Shown here piece by piece: positions 44,901-52,149 of a DNA stretch of 64,000 nucleotides; the first letter of the stretch is position 1; each line of letters starts with the position of its first letter. The notes under the pieces are model-generated. The model was not told the origin of the DNA. It saw only the letters and a list, made by a program, of their open reading frames with translations, and did not search any database. The stretch is from a bacterium (GTDB taxonomy: Bacteria > Zhuqueibacterota > Zhuqueibacteria > Oceanimicrobiales > Oceanimicrobiaceae): NCBI GenBank assembly GCA_046757165.1, contig JBHHXT010000001.1, positions 1 through 64,000 on the forward strand. The letters run 5' to 3'. The translations under genes were made by a program, and so were the position numbers.

Positions 44901-46351
44901 AGGGCAGTGCCATGGGCCGGCTGAGTGCTCAGGGTGAGGGATGCGGGATCCAATGCGCCATCAGGGTCGCCATCGTTGGCAAGAATATCGATGGCTATGG
45001 CATTGTCCTCAAAGATGGTACGCTGGTCATCTGCGGCTACCGGTGATTGGTTGTCGACGCCACCATTGAGATCGATGTAGTTGTGCAAATACCGCTTGGT
45101 ATCGCTATCGGACGCCAACACCAGGAGGCCGGATTCGTTCGTAATGCACTGTTTCGTCGACGTTGGGTCATTGACATCATCGTCTTTTTCGCTCGAAATC
45201 AGCACGGTACCGAAACCGGCGGGGAAAAACGGGTTCGCAAGATGAGTCTGTTTGTAATAGATGCGACATGGATGTTCGAGCCCGCGCGCAACCACGTAGA
45301 TGTGTTCTGTATCAGAGTTGAAGAGGACAATCGGGCGTGTATGTTTGTGGTCCCCAAAGCTGAAAGGATAGCGGGTCCACTCGCCAGAAAGGGTTCTTTT
45401 GAGCAAAAAAATCTTGGGATCGCTGATTGCTTGCAGAGAAGTCTTTGTGGTTGCCAGAATGGTCCCATCTTCGGTGCAGGCGACACTCAGGTTGATATGG
45501 TCGTCGGCAACCGCCCCAAGCTCAGGGTCCGCCAAGGCAGCCTCACGTGGCTCCCATTTGGTATCGCTTTTGTTATCCTTATGAACGGAGAAGTAGATCT
45601 TCTGATCCGGTTGGTGACTCCACATGATCCCGATTCTATCACCCCCAAATGCTATGACCGAACAGATGTCATCATCCAGTGTACTGCTCTTCTGCACAGG
45701 GAGTTTAAAAGGCTTTCCCCAAGCCAGGTCGTCGCCCAGAGAGCGGTTGATCATGACCTTGTGGCTCTGGTTCCACGTTACCCAGAGCTGGCCAGTAGAA
45801 TCCTTGGCCAGAACGAGCGTTTCTGATTTTCGGGTATTGATCTGAACAGGAAAGCCATCATCCAGGGTGTACGACTTGGTCGCCGGCTCATAACTGAATC
45901 GATACAGCCTGGCGCCTTGTGGGCCGTGCGCTGATTTGTGATTCATCTTCGCACGCGAGGCCACGTAGAGCTTGGTGCCATCCCATAAGACATCCGAGCT
46001 CGAGCGCGGGCGGTCGTCCACATCCGGGCCGACGTCGTTCCAGCACTGGTTGGCAAGGTCCAGACGATGGATTCGGTGGTGCAGGGAATCCGGACTCCAC
46101 AGGATGCCCCACCAAAAGCCATCGTTGTACCATAGCTTGCTTTCCGGTTTGGCCTCCGTGGGTGCGGTGGTCACGTCACCGCTCCTGAACTTGAAGTCCC
46201 GGTAGCCAACTTCCACAGGCGTTGAACTACATTCCTGCGCCTGCACGGCTGGCAAGAAAAAACCAACTTGAAAGCTGAAAACCAACACGAAACAAACCGA
46301 CAGCAGACCCCAGGCAAGGCCACCCCATGCCCTATGGTTTTCGACCACCAT
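38933..46351 (-). CDS. Giant secreted surface protein, paralog A (2472 aa): head domain, ~13 Big_9/cadherin-like repeats, 4 DNRLRE/CBM96-like modules, T9SS-type/FlgD-Ig C-terminal domain
   Basis: 2472-aa ORF with AAGGGGG RBS and signal peptide ending VQA|QE. Same motifs; C-terminus NYPNPFNGET...SGIYFLRL...RKLALQK. Confidence 0.95.
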   Translation of the reverse strand: MVVENHRAWGGLAWGLLSVCFVLVFSFQVGFFLPAVQAQECSSTPVEVGYRDFKFRSGDVTTAPTEAKPESKLWYNDGFWWGILWSPDSLHHRIHRLDLANQCWNDVGPDVDDRPRSSSDVLWDGTKLYVASRAKMNHKSAHGPQGARLYRFSYEPATKSYTLDDGFPVQINTRKSETLVLAKDSTGQLWVTWNQSHKVMINRSLGDDLAWGKPFKLPVQKSSTLDDDICSVIAFGGDRIGIMWSHQPDQKIYFSVHKDNKSDTKWEPREAALADPELGAVADDHINLSVACTEDGTILATTKTSLQAISDPKIFLLKRTLSGEWTRYPFSFGDHKHTRPIVLFNSDTEHIYVVARGLEHPCRIYYKQTHLANPFFPAGFGTVLISSEKDDDVNDPTSTKQCITNESGLLVLASDSDTKRYLHNYIDLNGGVDNQSPVAADDQRTIFEDNAIAIDILANDGDPDGALDPASLTLSTQPAHGTALVNSLSAVVTYTPNADFSGSDIFTYRISDNKGALSNEAIVTITVNELNDPPVAAPDSATTDNATAVPLAVLSNDSDVDHNVAEMVPTISTFPANGTVSVNNSTGEVTYTPSPNSFGTDTFTYTIHDPAGATSNAARVAILVLARPVASDDIAVTEEGVVVDIDILANDTDLDGSLLPETISLATTPSNGTIHIDSHTGVVTYSPETGNFGTEVLTYTVSDDSGLKSNPATITIDVIGPPVAVNDSAITIADTPIAIAVLDNDFDPDGGTINAATLRTTFGPLNGAISINATNGAVTYTPDAGYSGAELIGYKVDDDKGNTSNEALITIRVNLPPVTVDDAATTFEDIPVPINITANDSDPDGSLDRATVEIHEGPLNGTLEINAVTGVVTYSPDANTFGLDFFTYSIRDNDGTLSNMATVSLAVNSLNDPPVAVSDSVMTQEETMVEIPVLENDFDVDGRVEPATIAFQGQPEHGTIVLNSLTGIVSYTPEANFFGSDAFRYTIHDEENASSQVAGVLIIVLSDNDKPIAVNDSAVTGLGAPVDIAVISNDFDIDNAIDASTVAIATPPVNGQASTVGSNGLIRYSPSAGFSGFDRFHYTVRDEGGQVSNSATVVVRVIGPPVARDDTTFTGVGNSANIAVLQNDFDPDGAGLDLRSVVKLLGPFNGSATVDPATGMIHYTPQINFDGIDAVRYTVKDLDGFTSNEAAVTIFVGSNVPPVANDDAVVTEEDTPISIDLTANDTDLDGLVVAETVLIRSGPGHGSAIVHSTGVNYVPDDDYAGQDSFTYVVRDNENASSNIATVSITVQAVNDPPLAEADSASTQEGTAVTIPVTDNDLDAERALDLSSVTITTAPTHGSATVDASSGAISYTPDSGFVGSDSFRYTVRDDNNTVSNEATVAVTVNSNPGGGQSTFVSIEDGQVKVTEVDNNYGAKSTAKVEQNKFVVYLKFRVSGLAGAVARAVVRLRVTDGSSDGGDDGGSLYGVSNTYQDTTTPWDEDELTARNAPLIFGAALASAGAVSPKTEVEFDVTGAIADDGVYSFAISSESMNQVKYFTKEGAHPPQLVVETASGGGGNLPPVAGDDAAETSSGTPVEIDVLSNDTDSDGSIDVTTVEIVSLPAHGSVSISGSTGRITYSPADGFSGQDGFSYHVKDDDGATSAPATVTVTVNGGSAGGEVTFHPIEDGQIKLSAPGKNYGSKGTAKLEFDKFIFYLKFQVSGLQNGVRQALLRLHVGSGSSDGGDDGGSLFSVSNDFKDTTMPWDENSLTASNAPDPGGIALGSAGPVNPSSLVEFDVTSVINGDGFYSFALTNNSTNLIRYSTREGIQPPELFIETTMGGTSNLPPVAENDQAETEVDTPVAIEILANDRDSDGTLEPATVTIGTLPAHGAVSLNSATGVATYTPSSGFTGADQFTYRVEDDRGAVSNEASVAVTVNSAGRDDSFTYQSIEDGQVKVTEPGKNYGSKSTAKLDLDKFLFYLKFQVSGLTGEVEHATLRLHTSEGSSDGGDDGGSLYSVSNTYLASTTPWQEEGLTAGNAPAIAGSLLDKAGAVSPNTVVEFDVSATIQGDGVYSFALASGSTNRVKYFTKEGISPPALFIQVAAASSNQRPIAVNDETATPENIAAVIDVLFNDHDDDGHLDISSVAIIDEPANGDLLVNPNSGVITYTPANGFSGSDVFTYTVRDNDGAESSVATVTIEVIRSGGATTLTFKPSHDAQVKVSEPLKNYGSKTTVKVAQDRFRAYFKFSVSGINGTVTNALLRLRVSDGSSDGSKDGGAVYRVANNFASGSAPWVEENLNAVNAPEITGEPLSSAGSVSVNSTVEFNVSEAIAANGTYSFAIKSTATDRVKYLSKEGAISPELLVEFIATSSRSELDELTLNSRKDGDGQAQAIGVPEEFELHPNYPNPFNGETTIEYAMPKEKRVELLIFNTRGQEVRSLVDAMQSPGHKKVIWNGRDNSGREVGSGIYFLRLEVGNRIFCRKLALQK

Positions 46352-46621
46352 GTCCCCCTTTTATCTTATGATCCCTTGATTTCACAATCCCGTTCATGCT
46401 AGAAACTGCAGTTTTGGATGTGTTTGAGATTGCATTCGGTCGTCTGGGGCAGAGACTGAGCAACCGAGGCTAAGCTTGCTGGTGGCCTGCTTCGCACTTT
46501 GATGGCCAGACTCACCAACAACTTTATCTTGTATACACACAGCACGACGGCCATGCGTAACGCCCTTGTTAGAAACTCCTAAGCCGGACAAGCTGGAACC
46601 AAAAAAGAATTCCTAAATTGA

Positions 46622-46698
46622 GCGGTTCCTGACCGGGGGCGGTGTACAAGCTTCAGCTTGCTGGGGTGAGGGGAAAACACGCTAAAGCGTGAACACCC
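46622..46698 (+). repeat. REP/REPIN-like extragenic palindromic doublet, copy 1
   Basis: GGTGTACAAGCTTCAGCTTG...CACGCTAAAGCGTGAACACC, two inverted hairpin units; near-identical copy at 52992-53072. Confidence 0.85.
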
Positions 46699-46780
46699 TC
46701 ATTCAGCGTCCAAAATCCTTTTTGCAACTGCCCTTCGGGCCTCATTTTTCAGGCAGAATCCTGGAAAATGCGTAGGCGGT

Positions 46781-48727
46781 TTAGAAACGAAATCCGAGCA
46801 GGTTCCAGGCGTGGAGAAAGGTCAGGAAGAAGATCGAAGCCAGAGCAAGAACCAGGTAATGAAGCCTGCCCGCAGCACGCCCCATCTTACCTTTCCAGAC
46901 CTTGACATTGTAGATGACCATCCAGATGGTCAAAACGCAACTAACCAACGGCAAGCATAACAACAGGATCAGTCTCCGTGGCACGCCAAAGGTGAACTCA
47001 TTCATTCTATCAAAAGTCAAGAAAAAAAGACCGAAGCCTATCATGAAAAGCAGGTTTAGAAGGCTGACTGCGCCAGCGGTGCGCCTGGCTGCCCGGGTCA
47101 GCCCTTTCACACGGTCGTGCCACCCTGCGGCTCTCAACAGGCCCGCGGCTGGCCACAGAGACAAGCCAGATAAGAAAACCGTGGCCATGACCGCAAGAAT
47201 GCTCAGATTGAAGGAAGCCGTTTCATAAATCGGCAGCTTCTCGAAAGCGAAACGCTTACGGAACCACCGACTGATCTTCCCCCTGTCACCTGCCTTGAAT
47301 GCAGACAATTCGCCAGTTTCCACATTGCGAAACAGAAGAGGGGCCACGTTTTGCCACTTCTGGCCGCCCTTGACCAGCAGATGTCCGTCCCTGGTGGTGG
47401 ATATGGTGAACTGTTTCCTTATCGAGAATATCTTTTCGACACTATTGTGTGCATATTCGTTAATGCGATAGGTGCCAACGAACCGGCTCAACGCTTCAGG
47501 GCTGATTTCGTTCGCCTGCACCGGTTTGTCTGTTTCGATGACAGGGAAATAGTGCTCGAACAAATGCTCGGTCACGGTGCTGATCAACTTGAACCGGTCA
47601 TGGTTGCAAGAAATAAAGAATCCCATATCGAGATCCGGCAACAGCAGGATGCGACTCACGAAACCAGGAATGTGACCTCCGTGCTGAATCGCCCGGTGGC
47701 CATTTTCCATCCGTTCATAAAAGCCGTAAGCCAGGCCAGGCAACTTCGGATGATGCCTAAAGTTCTGCTGATGCATCTGCCTCGCTGTCGTGTCTGCCAG
47801 AATTCGGACACCGTGGTAGCGACCGCGCCACAAGTGGGCTAGCATGAATTTAGCCATATCTCCAGCGCAGGCGCTGAAGCCGGCTTCAGGTCCGGTGTTG
47901 AAATAATAATACGGAACAGGACTGTATTCACCGTCCCGAAAAGTGTATCCCTTGGCCAGGTCTTGCGCCAACGATTCAAGGCGTAAGAAACTGCTGTGGG
48001 TCATATCCAGTGGCCGCAAGATGTTTTGTTCGACATACTCTTCAAAAGGCAGGCCGGAAATCACCTCCACCAAATAGCCAGCCAGTGCGATACCATAGCG
48101 GGAATAACTGTACTCCTGCCGGGGTGGCATGACCCGTGCGGGTAGATTCCTGGCGAGGAACTCTCCCAGCGGCAACAAATCTTCCTCTCTCAAAGTCGCC
48201 AGGCCGATGCGGATGTCGTCAAAGCCGGCGGTGTGTGTGAGCAGGTTCTCGACGGTAATCGGTTGTGGAAAAGTGGCAGGGATCTTGAATCTCTTCAAGT
48301 ATCGGTTGACATCATCGTCCAGGCTCAACAATCCTTGCTCGAACAACTGCATGACGGCCGTGATGGTCAGGACTTTAGAAACAGAAGCCACGCGAAACAA
48401 CGTCCGGTCCGGGTCAACGGCGATCTCATTTTCAAGGTCTGCATAGCCGTATCCCTTCTTGAAAAAGACCTGCCCGTTCTTGACAAAAACAAAGACTGCT
48501 CCGGGGATATGAAGCTGTTTCATCTGCTGTTGAAATATCGGTTGCAGAAATTGCTCCATCTCACCCGCGTTCGTTGGGCCGATTCGACGAGAAGTTTCCC
48601 GGGGTGTATCATAAGTGGGGCCGCTCTGTGCGTAGGCAGACGTGGCAAAAACCAAGATGAACAGCCATAAGGGCGAAACAAAATGGGGAGCGTGCTTGAA
48701 ACGAGCAGTCATCGTCAACACTGCCAT
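46781..48727 (-). CDS. Serine hydrolase, beta-lactamase/class C-like (peptidase S12) family, with C-terminal transmembrane helices
   Basis: Signal peptide (AYA|QS); FRVASVSK (SxxK), LLTHTAG, YSYSRYG, QHGGHIPGF; three hydrophobic segments at the C-terminus. Confidence 0.88.
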   Translation of the reverse strand: MAVLTMTARFKHAPHFVSPLWLFILVFATSAYAQSGPTYDTPRETSRRIGPTNAGEMEQFLQPIFQQQMKQLHIPGAVFVFVKNGQVFFKKGYGYADLENEIAVDPDRTLFRVASVSKVLTITAVMQLFEQGLLSLDDDVNRYLKRFKIPATFPQPITVENLLTHTAGFDDIRIGLATLREEDLLPLGEFLARNLPARVMPPRQEYSYSRYGIALAGYLVEVISGLPFEEYVEQNILRPLDMTHSSFLRLESLAQDLAKGYTFRDGEYSPVPYYYFNTGPEAGFSACAGDMAKFMLAHLWRGRYHGVRILADTTARQMHQQNFRHHPKLPGLAYGFYERMENGHRAIQHGGHIPGFVSRILLLPDLDMGFFISCNHDRFKLISTVTEHLFEHYFPVIETDKPVQANEISPEALSRFVGTYRINEYAHNSVEKIFSIRKQFTISTTRDGHLLVKGGQKWQNVAPLLFRNVETGELSAFKAGDRGKISRWFRKRFAFEKLPIYETASFNLSILAVMATVFLSGLSLWPAAGLLRAAGWHDRVKGLTRAARRTAGAVSLLNLLFMIGFGLFFLTFDRMNEFTFGVPRRLILLLCLPLVSCVLTIWMVIYNVKVWKGKMGRAAGRLHYLVLALASIFFLTFLHAWNLLGFRF

Positions 48728-48748
48728 GTGTCTCTGATTCAGACCGGA

Positions 48749-51361
48749 CTACAGGTGGCTAATTGGTTTACGTTCTCGGTGCCGAATCATGTCGATATAT
48801 GTAAACCATTTTTTTAACCTGATCTTGAGAATCGGGAGCGTGGATTTGCGTGTAATATTAGTTCGTCTGAGCCGCAGCAGATCGGTCGAGCTCAGGTCGT
48901 TCTGTCCATCCATCACCGTAAAGCCGAGCTTGAATCCCTCGTCTCTCAGAATCCCAACCACTTCATCGTTGTGGCCGCCGTTCGGATAACAGAATATCGG
49001 CGGAACATCCCCGATTTCCCGTTTCAAATCATCGTAGGCGCCGACGACTTCCTGGTGCATTTGCTCCGGGGTGAGCTGAGTCATGATCGGATGCGTTTGC
49101 GTGTGTGGACCGAACGTGACGCCTGCTTTGGCTAGTTGCCTGAGTTCATCCCATGCCAGGACGGTTTTGCCGGCGTTCGGTCCCTCGCCGAGCTCCGAGC
49201 AGATCTCGCGCACCAGAGCTATCGCCTGCTCGTGCGAGAGTGTTTTGACATACCGCTGTATTCTGCGAACGCTCTGCTGCCGTTCCGCAGGCGTGTTCAA
49301 TGAGATAACGCCCAGCGTCGTGGACCGCAGCTCGACACTCGAGGTGAAGAGAACCGAACGATAGACCTGATCCCACCAGAAAACGCGCTGCTCCTGGTCG
49401 GGATAGGCCGTCGGCACGAACACAGTGGCCGGCAAATCAAACTGTCTCAGGATTGGCCAGGCGTGCACCTTAAAATCGCAGTACGCATCATCGAACGTGA
49501 TCAAGATCGCACGCCGCGGTAGACTGGCGCCGTTCTCCAGCGCATCTAACACATCATGCACAGCCACAACGTCATAGCTCTTTGCCAGGAAGGCCATATG
49601 CTGCTCAAAAACCGCCGGCGTTGCACTGATCAGATTTGGATCCAGCCAGGGTGTTGCTTCAGGCTCGTCAACACGGTGATAGGTTATGACACGAAGCATG
49701 TGTGCCCCTTTCCCGTTTCTGAGTATTGTGTTCCCGTCGTTTTTATGATAGATGGGATACATAGGATATATAGCGCCATTTCCTGATTCTTCGGAATGTT
49801 GCACAGCCTTCTTAGCAAGAATCTGGCGAATGCGCCGGTTACGATGCTCGAGTGATTGGTAAACCGCATACCCCGTCAGGAAAATCAATGCCACAGCAGG
49901 CAGTGAAATATAGACCATCAATTGTGGCGCAGAGAACAGTTCTTCGACCTTAAAATGTTTTGAGAAGGTTGAATACCAGACGTTGAAAAGAAATGACGAG
50001 AAAGAGAGAATGACCATGACGACCGTCAGCCGTCGCCCAAAGCTCAAACTCACCAGGGCGATGAGCGTCATCAGGTACCACGCCAGTCCCAACTTAGTCA
50101 GGAACAGAGCGAAGAACAGCATCAAATAGGCCCATCCCCAAAGCAACGAACCCGCGCTGCCATCCTGGCTCAATCCTACCCAAAGAATGAGGCCGGCAAA
50201 AATCAACGGGAGAATGATCTTGATGAGCGCCGGGGCAGCTGCGGCTGCTTCTCCAAGGGATTCCCAGTGCTGAGCGATCAGCTCCGGGCCGCGCCAAAAC
50301 GGTAGATAGAGGATCAAGAATGTCGCTGCCAAGACAAACAAGTTTTCAGCGACAGTCCGCCACCGCCGCAGCCTGATATCGCGCAGGAAGTACACGGCCA
50401 TCAACGGACCGGTGATCAATTTCACCGCAGTTGACAACCCCAGCGCAACGACCGCCAACCGCTTTCTTTCTGTCAGCAGAAGCCAAACCGCCAGAAGCAA
50501 GTAGAATACCATGACCGTGTCGGTCTTGCTTTGGCTGTTCAGAGCCACGATGGGATTCCAGGCATAGACCAGGAGACCCGCGAACACATACTCAGGGTTC
50601 ACTTTCTTGAGAATAAGCGCAAGCAGGGCCAGGTTCACCAGGTGAAACATAAAAAGAACGAATCTGTACAAAAGCAGGTTGGTCGTGGGTTCGTCTCCTG
50701 CCAACCTGGACAAGAGAATATTCAGATACATCCATCCGGGGAATTTCCCACCCGGCCGGGTCGTGTAGCGGTGACTCGCATAGGGGTAGATCGGGTCCGT
50801 CGAAAACTTGTCCGCGGCGTCATAATAGGGATTGCTTTGATAGACACTCGAGACCCGTCCCCGCAAGATGTAGTTGTAGATGTCGGTGTTGAAATTCGGC
50901 AAAAACCAAACCGACACAAACGAAAAAAGCAGAGAAGCACACACAACAACCTTTCGAATCCCGGGATTGCGGCGGTTTCTCCAGCTCAAAAATATGGCCA
51001 GGCCATAGGCAAAAAAAGCACAGCCAGAAACAACAATAAGCAAAGACGCGATGAGATTACTGTCTTCGGACACGTGCAACGGCAGCGAAGTGATGAGGCG
51101 CCAGATCTCGAGATCATCTACCAGAGAGGCAGTCGGTCGGGCCAGGCGGCCGGGCGTTTGAGGAATCCAAAAACCGAAAAACAAGAACAGGAGAGTGAGA
51201 AAGGAAGCGAGCACAATCAGCACAAGGGGCGAGTGTGCCTCGATTTTCTTGACAAGATTCCTGAGCGCTGAGAACTCGTTGGGAGTCCTGCCCCATTTTT
51301 CTTGTGGCGGGCCGGTCCAGGCTGACTGGACCGGCGCGTCGCGCAATTTCTCAGTTAGCAT
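48749..51361 (-). CDS. Fusion of a GT-C superfamily membrane glycosyltransferase (MptB/GT87-like) and a CE4/NodB polysaccharide deacetylase
   Basis: N-half is multi-TM with NTDIYNYILRGR..NPY, YAWNP and AVKL motifs. C-half has ITYHRV, ITFDDAY, HTQTHP, FCYPNG and LRR motifs. Confidence 0.85.
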   Translation of the reverse strand: MLTEKLRDAPVQSAWTGPPQEKWGRTPNEFSALRNLVKKIEAHSPLVLIVLASFLTLLFLFFGFWIPQTPGRLARPTASLVDDLEIWRLITSLPLHVSEDSNLIASLLIVVSGCAFFAYGLAIFLSWRNRRNPGIRKVVVCASLLFSFVSVWFLPNFNTDIYNYILRGRVSSVYQSNPYYDAADKFSTDPIYPYASHRYTTRPGGKFPGWMYLNILLSRLAGDEPTTNLLLYRFVLFMFHLVNLALLALILKKVNPEYVFAGLLVYAWNPIVALNSQSKTDTVMVFYLLLAVWLLLTERKRLAVVALGLSTAVKLITGPLMAVYFLRDIRLRRWRTVAENLFVLAATFLILYLPFWRGPELIAQHWESLGEAAAAAPALIKIILPLIFAGLILWVGLSQDGSAGSLLWGWAYLMLFFALFLTKLGLAWYLMTLIALVSLSFGRRLTVVMVILSFSSFLFNVWYSTFSKHFKVEELFSAPQLMVYISLPAVALIFLTGYAVYQSLEHRNRRIRQILAKKAVQHSEESGNGAIYPMYPIYHKNDGNTILRNGKGAHMLRVITYHRVDEPEATPWLDPNLISATPAVFEQHMAFLAKSYDVVAVHDVLDALENGASLPRRAILITFDDAYCDFKVHAWPILRQFDLPATVFVPTAYPDQEQRVFWWDQVYRSVLFTSSVELRSTTLGVISLNTPAERQQSVRRIQRYVKTLSHEQAIALVREICSELGEGPNAGKTVLAWDELRQLAKAGVTFGPHTQTHPIMTQLTPEQMHQEVVGAYDDLKREIGDVPPIFCYPNGGHNDEVVGILRDEGFKLGFTVMDGQNDLSSTDLLRLRRTNITRKSTLPILKIRLKKWFTYIDMIRHRERKPISHL

Positions 51362-51403
51362 CTAACGAAATAAGCACCCTTATGAACATCTCAACGTTCT
51401 GCG

Positions 51404-51418
51404 GCAATTGTCGTACCA
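51404..51418 (-). promoter_or_regulatory. Putative sigma54 (RpoN) -24/-12 promoter
   Basis: Minus strand TGGTACG-ACAA-TTGC: exact GG-N10-GC spacing, one mismatch to TGGCACG-N4-TTGC, ~43 nt upstream of the ATG at 51361. Confidence 0.6.
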
Positions 51419-51604
51419 TGCCCCTAACAGACCATAACCTTGTCAATAATGTAATACTTCAGTATTCGACAGGGACGTCAAACTACTTTATTAAGCCATG
51501 AGTGTATAGCTTTGCGGGGTTGGAAATTCTGGAGAGAAATGCTCATCAGGAAGGAAGGCCGAACGGTGGCATAAAATCAATCAGTTGCCTCGAGAGGAGG
51601 GCAC

Positions 51605-51630
51605 AAAAAAACCCGGCCATCAGACCGGGT
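51605..51630 (-). terminator. Rho-independent terminator of the cold-shock gene
   Basis: Minus strand ACCCGGTC-TGAT-GGCCGGGT followed by TTTTTT, ~24 nt after the csp stop. Confidence 0.85.
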
Positions 51631-51653
51631 GAATTGTCAGACAATGACACAGC

Positions 51654-51854
51654 TCAGATTTTCATCACATGAGTGGCGTGAATCCCTTTCGGTCCGTCAG
51701 CAACTTCAAACTGAACAGGGTCTCCCTGCTCGAGTGTCTTGTAGCCATCCCCTTCGATGGCTTTGTAATGCACAAAAACATCCTCGCCGTTTTCCCTGAT
51801 GATGAATCCATAACCTTTGGCATTGTTGAACCATTTGACTGTACCTGTTTCCAT
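51654..51854 (-). CDS. cspA: Cold-shock protein (CspA family), 66 aa
   Basis: [18 protein letters not shown]...[10 protein letters not shown] (RNP1/RNP2). Start reassigned to ATG 51854 with an AGGGG RBS. Confidence 0.95.
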   Translation of the reverse strand: METGTVKWFNNAKGYGFIIRENGEDVFVHYKAIEGDGYKTLEQGDPVQFEVADGPKGIHATHVMKI

Positions 51855-52057
51855 TGAAGAAGCCCCTGCTTTTAAGGTTAATCGTTCGTACAACCAACTT
51901 CAAGCCCTTGATGCGAATTTCGACGTGGAACGGCGTAAATAGCTATATCACTCCGCGCGATAGTTGCACTCTGTCGTGAGTCAACATTAGAGAAGAATCA
52001 AAAAATGTGTTATTTGAAAGGCATTTAGAAGAGGTGCACATTACTTAAACTACCACC

Positions 52058-52085
52058 AATATAGAGCAAAAATGTCAAAAATCAA
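52058..52085 (-). promoter_or_regulatory. Possible sigma70 promoter for csp, implying a ~200-nt 5' UTR
   Basis: TTGATT-N16-TATATT in an AT-rich divergent intergenic region; long 5' UTRs are typical of cspA-type genes. Confidence 0.3.
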
Positions 52086-52149
52086 ACATTTTTTTCAGTT
52101 CGACCTTGTTTACACTTTACATTCTGAACTTTTTGTCTAAATTCACGCT

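Noticed and set aside
124..46205. Hundreds of short plus-strand and alternate-frame ORFs, including 14386-15684 (432 aa) and 3396-4343 (315 aa)
   Set aside because: They are antisense or frame shadows of the repetitive giant genes, recur with the repeat period and show no independent motifs.
1..46351. CRISPR array or diversity-generating retroelement as the cause of the repeats
   Set aside because: The repeats are in-frame protein domains with synonymous divergence. I saw no identical short repeats with spacers, no reverse transcriptase and no adenine-specific template/variable pair.
6241..46351. RTX/T1SS adhesins, autotransporters or polymorphic toxins
   Set aside because: There are no GGxGxD nonapeptide arrays, beta-barrel, RHS/YD core or immunity genes. 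A Sec signal peptide plus an NYPNPFN C-terminal domain fits T9SS-type cargo.
20986..46540. Short words shared by the spacers before the giant genes (AAGCATAGCT at 21007 and 38841; TGTATACAC at 38863 and 46530; GGGGCAG in three spacers)
   Set aside because: They are short, lie at inconsistent distances from the start codons and are absent before paralog D, so they are compatible with chance.
46781..48727. Antibiotic-resistance beta-lactamase
   Set aside because: The altered YxN motif, the TM tail and the gene context indicate a generic serine hydrolase of that fold.
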